From Eledone cirrhosa (lineage: Eukaryota), in assembly GCA_964016885.1 (NCBI GenBank), contig OZ024745.1, positions 86,676,001-86,740,000 of the forward strand: a stretch of DNA of 64,000 nucleotides. Direction: 5' to 3'. Below, in pieces: positions 13,901 to 26,516 of the stretch (positions are counted from its first letter, which is position 1; each line of letters starts with the position of its first letter). The position numbers were made by a program, and so were the translations under genes. A model generated the notes under the pieces. The model was not told where the DNA came from and did no database searches. It saw only the letters and a list, made by a program, of their open reading frames with translations.

Positions 13901-14192
13901 ATCCACCTGCCTTCTCTCCAGCATCTCCGCTATTTCAGCAGATCTACCTCTGAGAGTGCCAACATTAAGTGTTGCAACTCTGAGATGCGACGTCTTCATA
14001 TTTTTCTATGGTGTTTTGTTGCTGTGCTGATAAGCTTTTTGGCATTGATACACTGGTTGGATGCCCTTCCTAACACCAGCGCCACTTTACAGCATGGACT
14101 GGGTGCTTTTATTTGTGCCACCAGCACTAGAGAGGATGTCTTACTAGACTCAAGGGCCCTCTCTACCCCTCCATTTTACAGCATGGTCATTT
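10944..14192 (-). mobile_element. Apparently full-length RTE-clade LINE
   Basis: Single long ORF, about 190-bp 5' UTR, very short 3' UTR ending in an (ATG)n tail at 10944-10965, inserted next to (TA)n. Confidence 0.95.
10967..13999 (-). CDS. Intact APE endonuclease-reverse transcriptase polyprotein (1010 aa) with PHD-like C4HC3 finger inserted in the RT region
   Basis: LNVGTL, CVQEVRW, SVYAPQ, GDFNGHVG, QIDF, QHRLV (APE); NYRGIKL, QFGF, DLEKAFDRV, GVHQGSVLSP, LLYADD, FRYLGD (RT); CSIC..CTQC..WVHKRC..CSRC between RT motifs. Confidence 0.95.
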   Translation of the reverse strand: MKTSHLRVATLNVGTLRGRSAEIAEMLERRQVDVCCVQEVRWRGASARLVVGKRLSYKLFWVGKDDGLGGVGIFLAEKWINKTIEVVRVSNRIIKLRLVVGRRLLTIISVYAPQAGLGKDEKDCFYEQLLQTTTMTEDGDIVMLAGDFNGHVGQLQDGYTGVHGGHGYGSRNEEGVRLLEFCDASTLTICNTNFQKPANHLITYKSGEHISQIDFLLVRQRDRQIVSNTKAYPGEECTPQHRLVVSDISVSKRWNETYRKVWRRKVWKLKDLSLKFKFRKALQDVYDEKEDDLETYDIDNNWKFLRDNLLKATDETCGWSRAPTRQRVTWWWNSSVDKAIRDKRLEYTATKREARRQVYLARREAESRRFANVLRREDQRRAVFHIARQCVNANQDVVGDKCVRDDAGVLSVTNDQKKEAWKCHYERLMNVENEWEREKLPLVDPTEGPAIEIDEYRVQEAIREMKNGKAAGPSGIVAEMLKASGDVGTKLVARIINQAIYGGVIPKDWCSSILINCYKGKGDALERSNYRGIKLIDQVMKVAERILAQLIRERVKLDEMQFGFVPGKSTTDALFLVRQMQERFLEKNKPLYLAFVDLEKAFDRVPRSVIWWSLRKLGVEEWLVRTVQTLYRGTLSKVRVGMEFSEEFQIQVGVHQGSVLSPLLFIIVLQAITEEFKTGCPWELLYADDLALMAESVEELENKFRLWKQQLEARGLRVNLAKTKVLMSRKEDKTLIPSGKWPCSICRKGTGINSIKCTQCRSWVHKRCSGIAGKLTGREKYVCSRCTGKLDSRSRTDRHIFQMREGAIEVVDSFRYLGDQISMGGGCSEAIVSRIRTGWKKFRELLPLLTKKGFSLRTKGRLYDACVRSAMLHGSETWAATAEDMRRLERNEASMLRWMCSVNVRERPSINVLREKLCLRGIECSVRERRLRWYGHVMRMEDDRWVKKCQEMPVEGRRGRGRPRKTWAEVVRTDLRSLKLTVEMTRDRDEWRDAVLNKTRPTLASREKRT

Positions 14193-14444
14193 AAAAAAAA
14201 AAAAAAAAAAAAAAAAACTTATTGACACGACTCACACACTAATACTCATGCATACAAACCACAACCACACATACCAACACTCATTCATGCATACAATCAC
14301 ACACACATATATATATATACATATATTACCGACAGTACTGATACAAAATCAAAATCAAAGTCAAAATCGTCAAAATCACTATCATGTCAACTGTTGACCT
14401 TTCCCAGTCCAGTTCGGCTTGTATATAATAACAATAACAATAAT

Positions 14445-14760
14445 AATTGTTTGTTTACGCTGGTAATGGCGGTGGTGGATGGTGTCAGTGTGGTGGTGGT
14501 GGATGGTATCAGCGTGGTGGTGGTGGATGGTCAGTGATGGTGGTGGCAGTTGTTGGTGCTGTAGTTGTTATTGTAGTTGTTACTGTTGTTGTTGTCCTTC
14601 ATTTCACTGCTGCTGTTGCTGCAGACAATGGTGTTGATGCTGTTATTGCTGTCGCATATATACAAATACATACACACACATTCAACACAGACGTTGGTGT
14701 TGTTGCTGTTGTTGTTGTTGTTGGTGTTGCTGCTGTTGTTGTAGTTGTTGCTGTGTTGAA
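14445..14760. repeat. Degenerate (GGT)n/(GTT)n/(GCT)n trinucleotide region
   Basis: Visible low-complexity sequence. Confidence 0.85.
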
Positions 14761-15232
14761 ATCTGGTCGCATCCACTGAGATATACATATACACACACAT
14801 ACACATATGTATATACACATACATACATCAAAAGATAGTCAGCAGTATGTCAACAGGGGACAGGACAGCGACCTTAGAGTAATGTGGTGATGGTGGGGAG
14901 CGAGTGTAGGCGTTATTGTTATTGTGGTGACGGGGGGGTCAGTGAGATGTTACAAGTTCATAGATCACTTCTCTCTTTTCCTCTCTCTTCAAAATTTTGA
15001 ATTTATGGCCTTTTGCAATGGCGGCCAAGTATATATAATATATATGAAGCAAAGAAAAGAAAATTTTCACTGATATGAAAGATTTCCTGGTAGAAGTTCA
15101 GGTGTATTCAGTGATTGGTATCCAGTGTTGGGGTATCCAATTAGAAAATCCAACGAATTTTTGAGAGGGGTCCACGCAAGCATATATATAGATATATATA
15201 TGTATATATGCAAAATGCAAGCAGAAATAACA

Positions 15233-15967
<735 letters not shown>

Positions 15968-16732
15968 GTATATATATATATAGAGAGAGAAAGAAAGACA
16001 GATAGACAGGTAACAAATTTAATATAGAAATGGCGTCTACTGGTTTGGAACTGTTTCCTTCGAGGGAAAGCTATTTCTATATTAAATTTGTTGTATACAC
16101 TCTACTAATGTATTGAGTTCCTTACTTTCTGTGGTTACCCCGATTTGAACCCGGGACTATCTCTCTCTCCCTCCCTCTCACACACACACTCACACACACA
16201 TATATATATTGGGAGGGTCTTGCTACCTCTTCAAAAAACATCAATTGTTAGGTTTCAAGTTATTATTAAAAACTCCTAGTCGGTTAGTTTAATAACCTGA
16301 TGGTTGTTTAGCTGTTGATTGTCATCACACCTCTTTCGACACACATTCTGTGACCTCCCGAGTGACTAATTTTGTTGTTATTTTGAGCCTCACCTTTGTT
16401 CTGACCTACATCAGCTTGCTTTTGTGAGCTGTGTACTAGAGCTGCACATGCTCCACATCCGGGTTTCTGTGTGTTTGTGTGTATGTGTGTTTTTATTTAT
16501 CTATTTATCTATTTAAAAAAATATATTTATTTGTTTATTTATTTATACGTTTATTTACTTATCACTAGTTGGCTACTTGTAATATATAATACGTGTTCCA
16601 GCCGACAGGATTAGGCCATGCTGGGTCACCGCGTGTACATATATTATCATGATATATGTATATATGTATGTATATACGTACACACACACACACATATATA
16701 TATACAAATACAAACATATATACACACACAGA

Positions 16733-16796
<64 letters not shown>

Positions 16797-16896
16797 GAAT
16801 ATCGATTATAGTTACTCATATCAGATACTCAGACAAAGTTTTAGCTATATATATATACAACTACACACACACACACACATACACACAAACATATAC

Positions 16897-16942
<46 letters not shown>

Positions 16943-17458
16943 GTGTGTGTGTATATGTGTGTGTGTGTTTGTATGTGTATGTGTTCTTGCACATATAGAG
17001 GTAAATACGATTGGCATACCCAATAATATCTGCTGCTATTGACTGATTTTCTCACTAAGATATCGAATCATATATAGATGATAGAATATTTGATCTGTGC
17101 TATAACTGTCATGTTAACGATGGGCTGCAAACATATCAAATAATGTAATTACATATAAAAATAATCAGATTCTGTTCAAACCTACAGAGACAACGTGAAA
17201 AAAATGGGATTTTTTTCACGTTGTCTCTGTAGGTAGACATTATTACACTTTCCTTGTTGACAATCCAATAATATCCACTTTCCGTGACTTACCATCTGAT
17301 TAATTGGTGAAATATATTTCTTTAATGGGATATATACAAGGAAGGTTAATCACTATTAAAGGTAAATATTACCTATACTAGCTATGCGTGGTTACACGCG
17401 AGCAAAAATTATCTCCTGTGATTATTGATGTATATTTATATGTTAATCAATTTCTAGT

Positions 17459-17495
<37 letters not shown>

Positions 17496-17688
17496 GATAA
17501 ATCTACCAAGAGTTTACGGTAGTGTCCAATCCGTATGAAGAACTCAATGTAATCTGGATATCATGGAAAGAAGAGATGCAATGAAAAATCACTTTCGGTG
17601 AAAGATAAACGGAATACAGAGTCAAGATAAAATATTAAAAAAATAATGAAAACAATGAAACAGTTCCTTATATTAAACAAAAAAAGTT

Positions 17689-17838
17689 CATTATTTAACG
17701 ATCGTTTCTAGGATATATATGTGTTAGAATTGGCATGCATATTCAACAGATCTATGTACAAAATTATACAAAATTATACAAACTATCAAAATTAAATATA
17801 CATACCAACACATATATATGCCGTCTTCAGAAATAATG
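17689..17838 (-). ncRNA. Type I hammerhead motif with about 115-nt extended stem II
   Basis: On minus strand: cattattt CTGAAGA ...atatatatgtgttgg//ctaacacatatatat... GAAAC gatc GTT aaataatg (8-bp stem I). Confidence 0.65.
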
Positions 17839-17945
17839 AAATATATTTATTGATAATAACAACAATTCAAAATTACAGGTCTGTTTGGGAACAGAGTTCA
17901 AATTGACCAATGAAAACACAAAAAGTTTTTTTTAATATTTTTTTA

Positions 17946-18080
<135 letters not shown>

Positions 18081-18856
18081 GACGTAAAATAAGAAAATTT
18101 TAAAAATTAAAAATTAACTTACTAAAATTTTCACTCCAACTAATTAGTTTCTGTAATGGGATAAATATAGTTACACAATGTAACTATCGAGAATTCATTA
18201 CGTCATCAGGGAGTCTATTCTCAGCTAAGTTCCCAGGCAATGCGCGGACACTAGGAACCCATATAAAAATAATAATTCAGTGGATGTAATAAGCTAGCAG
18301 GGACTAAATTCCATAGCACTGAAAAAGTTCACTGCCTCTGGTCAGTGGTGGATTCTAAAGAATCAATCACGTGACACTGAGGTTAGTCAGTTAGGAGTGG
18401 GGTGGTATTATGACAAGAGCCTACTACTACTACTATGAATTAGCAGTAGATTTGGCAAGTTTGCTCAACAAATAATTTGGAGATAAATATAGAGAATTAA
18501 TACATCCAATATATGCGTACAGATGTACACTAATACTAGTAAATATATAAGTTATGTCAAAGTACCTAGGTGGTTCAATGCAGGGGGGATGCAGAACAAT
18601 TATATGAAAGACGTAAAATAAGAAAATTTTTAAAATTAAAAATTAACTTACTAAAATTTTCACTCCAACTAATTAGTTTCTGTAATGGGATAAATATAGT
18701 TACACAATATGCATCCCCCTGCATTGAACCACCTAGGTACTTTGACATAACTTATATATTTACTAGTTATTAGTGTACGCATATATTGGTAGATGTATTA
18801 ATTCTATATATATATATATATATATATCCTAACTCGTGTACTTCCCCTCCACATTT

Positions 18857-18902
<46 letters not shown>

Positions 18903-18904
<2 letters not shown>

Positions 18905-19210
18905 TGATTAATGTTCAGAGCCATCCTCACAATTCTCGTGTAGCACCCATCCACCATCTGAGTGGGTTTCTTGGTCAGTGTCCAAGTCTCAGACCCGTAC
19001 AGCAACACAGACTCCACTACAGCAATGAAGAGGCGGATTTTCAGGTCTTTACGGACACACTGGAAGGGGAAGACCAAGGTTAACGTATGTTGATGTCCTA
19101 AGGACAGACACTGGTCTGTTGGAGACGCAGGACATGGCAGCGATAATGAGGGACAGAGACCGGTGGAGAGAACTCGTCCATTGATATCGGGAATTTTACC
19201 CGCCCTAGAT
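18903..19210. mobile_element. 3' fragment of an RTE-like LINE with internal inversion
   Basis: Minus strand 18905-19060 encodes KIRLFIAVVESVLLYGSETWTLTK; plus strand about 19065-19180 encodes the downstream GRPRLTYVDVLRTDTG..MRDRDRWRELV. Confidence 0.75.
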
Positions 19211-19343
19211 ATATATATTTCATTTCTGAATTTGTTTAGAAACATGACACTCCCAAAGTATAACAATATATACACACACACACACGCACACGCACACGCA
19301 CACGCACGCAGGCACGCAGGCACGCACGCACGCACGCACGCGT

Positions 19344-19411
<68 letters not shown>

Positions 19412-19415
<4 letters not shown>

Positions 19416-19482
19416 TCTTGGTATAATGGTAGCACAGTGGTCGCGATAACCAAAGATGTGGGTTCGAGTCCCATGTATGTCA
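19412..19482 (+). other. tRNA-like sequence (pseudo-tRNA or SINE head)
   Basis: A box tggtataatggt, B box ggttcgagtccc, anticodon-like stem tggt/acca; poor acceptor stem and no U33. Confidence 0.45.
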
Positions 19483-19620
19483 ATACTCATCTTTTTCCAT
19501 TTATCTGACGGTTCTAAACCCCATTATCAGGCTAAAATTCCTTTAGTCAAAAATACGATGAAAGCTATTCTATTTTCTAATTTTAAACCTGCTCACTGTT
19601 TCAAAACATACTTACTTGTC

Positions 19621-19702
<82 letters not shown>

Positions 19703-19917
19703 ATCCTTGGGGCCGTCCATATTGTTATAATATTGCCAAAAATAATAACAGAACACACCCATTGTTTGGTTTGGGTTGGTTTTCGCTTCTGTATCTTTTA
19801 TATCTCCCTAGTTAATTAAGTAAATAAAAATAGCGTAGGCATTACAATACAACGGAAGGAAACATAATAGTACCACTGATGATGTCGCAGATGTGTGACA
19901 AAAGAACTTTGATAGAC

Positions 19918-19979
<62 letters not shown>

Positions 19980-20169
19980 GCTGTATTTTTAACCGCTGGT
20001 CAATCAATGATAAACATTAATTGCCAGATAAATTAACTATGAAGATATAGAAGATACGCAAGCGAAAACCAGCCAAAACCAAATAGCGAGTGTGTTCTGT
20101 TATTATTTCTGGCAATATTATAATAATATGGCCCTTCCCAAGTATAACAATATTTGTTTCAGCACACAA

Positions 20170-20261
<92 letters not shown>

Positions 20262-21849
20262 ACGCACACACGCGCACACACACACACACATATATATATT
20301 TATGAAATCGTGTGTTGAAACAAATATATATATATATCAAAATAAAGATCCGGAGGCATGGTATAAATTTCCAATCATTTTAATCATGACACATGTTTCA
20401 ATAAGAGATAAATCGATCGTGTAGCCATGATCGATTATAACTGATCTCGTCAGGTGAAAAGGAATTGTCTTCAAATCCTTGATATCAGGGAGAAAATTAG
20501 CGATGTTCACCCCCAGAGTTTAGTCCCTCATATGAAGATCAAGCAGTCAAAACACGGTGACTGCTATCGTCCTCCGTTAGGGTCATAAACCTATCAAGTC
20601 TCTATCTCCCAATAGCTGTAAAAGACGCTGGACATCAATCAAATCTGTAGAATTACAGTCGGTCACAGTTAATGTGAGTGGGTACACACACACTCACACA
20701 CACCAACGCGAGGTTAAAGAAAAAAGAAAAAATATATACATATACCAACATAGCATCAAATCTGTAGAACTATAGACGTTCACAGTCAGTGTGAGTGAGT
20801 ACACACACACTCACACACACCGACGCGAGCTCAAAGAAAAAATATAAATATACCAACATAGTATTCACCGAAAGTTAGTTTACAAAACAACAAAAGATGT
20901 TATATTGGTCAAATCTCAATTTGACGATGTAAATTGGAAAAAATTTGGTCAACCGCAACCCTATACACTCGCAAGTAAGTTCAGTTCAATGTTCTGCTAT
21001 ACGTGTATAGATTAAATTGTAACATCCATATCTCCAAATAGTGTACGTTATGGTATAAAACACATCCGTATCATCCAAAAAAAGGGTATGTTTTGGTACA
21101 TAAACATCCTTGTGAAGAGCAAGTAGTAGCTCATATCGAACACAGAGCCCTTTGCTGGCCTACAAGCAACCGCCATGTAGGCCAGCAAAGGGCTCTGTGT
21201 AGGGTTGGGTATTTGGGTTAAGGTGTCAGTATGTGCGATTTCCTCTCATTGGGCTTTTAAGATAGGTGTTTGAGTGGTGGAGGTGTGATATCCAACACAA
21301 AAATAAAAATAAAATAAAATAAAATAAAATAACAAAGAGTCCCAAAACCCAGAGAATGTGTGTAGGCCCATTAATGGCGTGTAAGTATTATTGTCCAATT
21401 TGTAACCGTGAGCACTCCATGGTTTGATGATCACGGATCAAAACCTAGTGTGGTGTTCAATCGATAGGAACGAGACCAGTCATAACTGTGGGAACTCAGT
21501 GTCTAAAGGAACCGGGAACTGTGTGTAGAGTTATGTATAGAGAGCGTAATCGGTCTTAACTGAGTGTGTAATGCGTCTAGCTATATCCTAATCGAGAGAA
21601 CTCAATGGTTAGGGTATCTTAAAGTAATGGTGAATGCGCGTACTCGGTCTTACCTGAGTGTGTAATCATTCTAACTACTTACTAACTAGGTATTCTAATG
21701 TGCACTCAGCTGTGAAAACTCAGTGGAAATAGGCCGAGTACTGTTTGTAGGTGCACAAACGATCTTAGCTGTCTAACTACCTAAGTGTGTGATTGTCTGT
21801 TTTTTGCTAATTGAGAGAACTCTATGGCTAAAGTAGATAGGGAGGAGTT

Positions 21850-22275
21850 AGCGGTAGGTTACTTTCCAAAAATCCTGCGGAAGGTTTTAGAGGTTCTATG
21901 TTGACAGTTGCTGAAAAAATCCGCTCTCCTATTGATTAATAGGGGGCCGCCTCTAATAATATTAAAGGTTTCAGCTATACATAAATTACAGACGCCCGTG
22001 CTGCCGTTATATGGCTGGGCTGAGCACATTATGGACTAGGATAAGGAGTGCTCTATATTCAGTTTAAGTTTCCAGACTTATTCAGAAAACGCTGTGCTAT
22101 TTTAAAATCTAATCTATTAAAGGTATGGCGGTGATTATACCATCTATCCTTAAATTCAGTGGCAGTTGCCTCAACATACCTGAAGGTTCTATCTAAAGTG
22201 GTGACCTTACAGTCGTAGATTATGTTTTTAGCAAGGCCATGGGGCAAGTGGCGGTGTTCCTGCAATTACATTTTC
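21850..22275 (-). pseudogene. PLE GIY-YIG endonuclease remnant
   Basis: NIIYDCKV..RYVEATATEFKDRWYNHRHTF; downstream CNLCIAET and LINRRADFFSNCQH in another frame. Confidence 0.8.
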
Positions 22276-22572
22276 TGTTATCGACTTGGGTCGATTTCTT
22301 TTTCTTTTTTCTTTAACCTCGCGTCGGTGTGTGTGAGTGTGTGTGTACCCACTCACATTAACTGTGACCGACTGTAATTCTACAGATTTGATTGATGTCC
22401 AGCGTCTTTTACAGCTATTGGGAGATAGAGACTTGATAGTTTTATGACCCTAACTGAGGACGAGAGCAGTCGCTGTGTTTTGACTGCTTGATCTTCATAT
22501 GAGGGACTAAACTCTGTGAGTGAATATCGCTAATTTTCTACCCCATATCAAGAGTTTGAAGACAATTCATAT

Positions 22573-22646
22573 TCACCTGACGAGATCAGTGATAATCGAT
22601 CATGGCTACACGATCGATTTATCTCTTATTGAAACATGTGTCGTGA
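22573..22646 (+). ncRNA. Type I hammerhead ribozyme in PLE pseudo-LTR (copies at about 20385-20458(-) and, with mutated core, about 25374-25446(+))
   Basis: tcac CTGACGA [long hairpin aatcgatc/gatcgatt] GAAAC atgt GTC gtga; canonical GUC triplet. Confidence 0.75.
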
Positions 22647-22917
22647 TTAAAATGATTGGAAATTTATACCATGCCTTCGGATCTTTATTTTGATACAAAT
22701 ACTCTGTTTTACATCATCTAGCTGTTCCCATAAATGGAATTGGAGATATGCAAAAGCGTGGAGAACTTAATATTGCTAACAAATTTATTGACACAACCAA
22801 TAATAACCTTACTATATAACAACTTAAAGCTCCTAATTCTGTTGAGCACTTAATGCTGTTAAGCAAGGAATATGATGGAGAAATTCTCGGTGAAACTCTT
22901 CGCTTAAAGACATCCCT

Positions 22918-24330
22918 TTGCCTAGCATGAAAGATTTCACAAGTTTGGCCATAGGTAAATCGGACTCCTTTGTCCGTAGAATGCGTTGGAAGGCCTTCCA
23001 CTTCGACATAGAAACACCAACAAACCACCCCAGGGAGGGAACGCGCGGCATCGAGGGAAAATTCAAATCCAGAAGAAACTCACCGCACAATAAGTACCTG
23101 GAGGAATTCGAGACTGAAATGTCTAACATAGTGTCCAACCTTAAGTTTAGGAAAAACCCACTCAGGGGAAAAAGCTACTTAAAACGACTGAACGGTGATC
23201 TAGGAAAACTAAGGAACTCGACCGGCATTCTGGTGCACGCAGATTAAACTAACATCCTATACGATATGGATAGAGTAACCTATGACGACTTGATAATCAG
23301 AGAACTTAGAAAAAGCTACAAGAAAACTACACGGGCCAACCTGGATTTAATCAACACAGAGGCCAATAGCGTCATGACTAAACTGGGTATTGAAGATAAA
23401 ACTGAACACTTCCATCCTAGAATTCCGAGGATTTTATTGAAATACCACAAATTAAACTTTGAATCATCAAGACCAGTCAGGCTGATAGCCCTTTCGAAGT
23501 CGGACATAGGAATCGTGAGTAAAAAGATCCTTGATATAATAATCCCCACTCTAGTTAGGAGATCGAAGCTTAAATTATGGTCAGGAACTAGTGAGGTAAT
23601 TAACTGGTTTGAGAAATCGCAGAATAAGAATAGCACTAAGTTTATACAGTTCGATATCTCTAACTACTACTCTTCGATCTCTCCAACTCTTCTAGGTAAG
23701 GCCCTAAACTTTGCTAGCTTACACACCGACCTTACATCTGAAGAAATTAACATTATTCTCCTAGCTAGGAAAACCTTAATTGAGTTCAACGGTGACTTTT
23801 GGACCCGGAAAGATTGGCTGGACAATTTCGACATCATCATGGGATCCACGAACTCCGCCTAGTTGACGGACTTGGTGGGCCTTTACTTCCACGACTGTCT
23901 CGGAGTGGAAATGCCCCACTTGGGAGGTGGAGCTTACCGTGACGACGTTTTCTTTACTGTGTCGTTATGGTAGAGAGAGTGAGGAATAAAACTAAGCAAA
24001 TTCTTCAACAACATAGACCTAAGTATAGTGTTTGAAGAAAACCTGAAGATAGTTAATTTTCTAGATGTTACACTTAACCTCAATTCAGGACTCTTCCAAC
24101 CCTACCACAAACCCAATGAGAATTTGAATTATGTCAACGCAAAATCGAACCACCCTAGAATAGTCACTAACGGTTTACCAAAAGCGTCACTAGTAGAATT
24201 TCAGGACTATCTTCCAATGAAGATACCTTTGATAGGATCTTGAATTACTACAATAGCGCCCTGGAACGCGCGGGGCATAGCGAGGGAATCTCATTCAAAC
24301 GTCCATTAAATAGTAGTAGAAAACATTGCC
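22918..24330 (+). pseudogene. PLE reverse transcriptase (stops and frameshifts)
   Basis: FVRRMRWKAFHF, HAD, RPVRLI, QFDISNYYSSI, IMGSTNSA*LTDLVG, GGAYRDD, NFLDVTL, YHKPNE, SNHP. Confidence 0.9.
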
Positions 24331-25644
24331 TGCGATAGCTTAGGCCAAAATAGTGACACTTTAGTTAACAGCAGGCGGTTTGCGAGGGAGGATCAATATA
24401 GACTTCATGTTATATTGCCTCCTAGTTCCAATGTCGATGGTACCAATGGAAACAATCACCCAGGTACAAACACAGGTCTGAGCACCGTAATGCCAGCGGC
24501 AACACTAATTGTAACCTTAATTGTAGAACCGATAAAACTACCGTTGAACGTAAAGTGGAAAGGGGTCGAGTAGAGGGAATGGGGTTAGATGTAGTAGGCG
24601 CATTGTGGATATAACCCCGGTTATCGAGGGTAATTCCAATACACCGCCCCGGAGACAAGGGCCCATATGAGAGGAAATCGCACATACTGACACCTTAACC
24701 CAAATACCAAACCCTACACAGAGCCCCTTGCTGGCCTACATGGCGGTTGCTTGCACGCACAGATTTGGAGACTCAGATTCTCAATGGGATAACGGCACAT
24801 ACTGAGTTCGATATGAGCTACTACTTGCTCTTCACAAGGAGGTTTATGTACCAAAACATACCTTTTTTGGGATGATACGGATGTGTTTTATACCATAACA
24901 TACACTATTTGGAGATATGGATGTTACAATTCAATCTATACACGTATAGCAGAACATTGAACTGAACTTACTTGCGAGTGTATAGGGTTGCGGTTGACCA
25001 AATTTTTTCCAATTTACATCGTCAAATTGAGATTTGACCAATATAACATCTTTTGTTGTTTTGTAAACTAACATTCGGTGAATACTATGTTGGTATATTT
25101 ATATTTTTTTCTTTGAGCTCGCGTCGGTGTGTGTGAGTGTGTGTGTACCCACTCGCATTAACTGTAACCGACTGTAATTCTACAGATTTGATTGATGTCC
25201 AGCGTCTTTTACAGCTATTGGGAGATAGAGACTTGATAGGTTTATGACCCTAACTGAGGACGATAGCAGTCGACGTGTTTTGACTGCTTGATCTTCATAT
25301 GAGGGACTAAACTCTGTGAGTGAACATCGCTAATTTTCTCCCTGATATCAAGGATTTGAAGACAATTCCTTTTCCCCTGACGTGATCAGTGATAATCGAT
25401 CATGGCTACACGATCGATTTATCTCTTAATGAAACATGTGTCGTGATTAAAATGATTGGAAATTTATACCATGCCTTCGGATCTTTATTTTGATACAAAT
25501 ACTCCGTTTTACACCATCTAGCTGTTCCCATAAATGGAATTGGAGATATACAAAAGCGTGGAGAACTTAATATTGCTAACAAATTTATTGACACAACCAA
25601 TAATAACCTTACTATATAACAACTATATATATATATATATATAT

Positions 25645-26152
25645 AAAATACGTAGTTTAGAAAGCCACAACAATGCAGATGGGGAAATCTCGAGGTAGGA
25701 AGTGAATGATAGATAGGAGAAATAGGAGAAAGTGAAAATTGAGAGAGACAAAGATGAAAACAAAACAAAGGTAGAAGGGTTACCGTAGTGGAGATTTAAT
25801 CCCAATGTTTCGGGCTCACGCCCATCAACGGGGGAAAGTTCCAAAAAGCGGGGGAACAGGCTAAGCCGGAGAAAGTTGTGATGTTGTTAAAACAGGAATC
25901 CTGTTTTAACGACATCACAACTTTCTCCGGCTTAGCCTGTTCCCCCCCTTTTTGGAACTTTCCCCCGTTGATGGGCGTGAGCCCGAAATATTGGGATTAA
26001 ATCTCCACTACGGTAACCCTTCTACCTTTGTTTTGTTTTCATCTTTGTCTCTCTCAATTTTCACTTTCTCCTATTTCCCCTATCTATCATTCACTTCCTA
26101 CCTCGAGATTTCCCCATCTGCATTGTTGTGGCTTTCTAAACTACGTATTTTA
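25645..26152. repeat. Near-perfect palindrome with about 250-bp arms, centre near 25900
   Basis: Mirror ORFs 25623-25844(-) and 25952-26218(+); flanked by (TA)n. Confidence 0.9.
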
Positions 26153-26191
26153 CACATTTCACAATGCTTCAAGCAAACTTTAACACCCTCT

Positions 26192-26222
<31 letters not shown>

Positions 26223-26447
26223 AGATCAAAAGATGGTTAAAGAAGTTCCATATATTTTATTATGCGCATTTCAAAAACAAACATCATCAAACAATAATAT
26301 TTGTGTTTTCATCAGATAAAACAGGAGAACATGATATGAAGGCTAAAAAACACTTGTTGATAGTGCAGTTTTAAATCAACATATCATATGTTGATTTAAA
26401 ACTGCACTATCAACAAGTGTTTTTTAGCCTTCATATCATGTTCTCCT

Positions 26448-26516
26448 GTTTTATCTGATGAAAACACAAATATTATTGTTTGATGATGTTTGTTTTTGAA
26501 ATGCGCATAATAAAAT
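26448..26516 (+). ncRNA. Type I hammerhead motif in fold-back insertion 26218-26553 (minus copy about 26256-26322)
   Basis: gttttat CTGATGA [stem II] GAAA tgcgca TA ataaaat; palindromic stem III; AUA triplet. Confidence 0.7.

Larger units (their letters stand above)
20335..25625 (+). mobile_element. Penelope-like element: inverted 3' segment (20335-22290), 5' pseudo-LTR (about 22300-22825), RT region, 3' pseudo-LTR (about 25105-25625)
   Basis: Direct repeat 22300-22825 / 25105-25625; 20335-21235 is the reverse complement of about 24680-25495; PLE protein motifs. Confidence 0.9.

Noticed and set aside
19865-19920. ctgatga tgtcgca/tgtgaca hammerhead-like motif
   Set aside because: GAAA and NUH/stem I are not recoverable; at most a decayed copy
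25960-25998. ttgatg ggcgtgagccc gaaa motif in the palindrome
   Set aside because: Core deviates at several positions and the stem I register is ambiguous; not called
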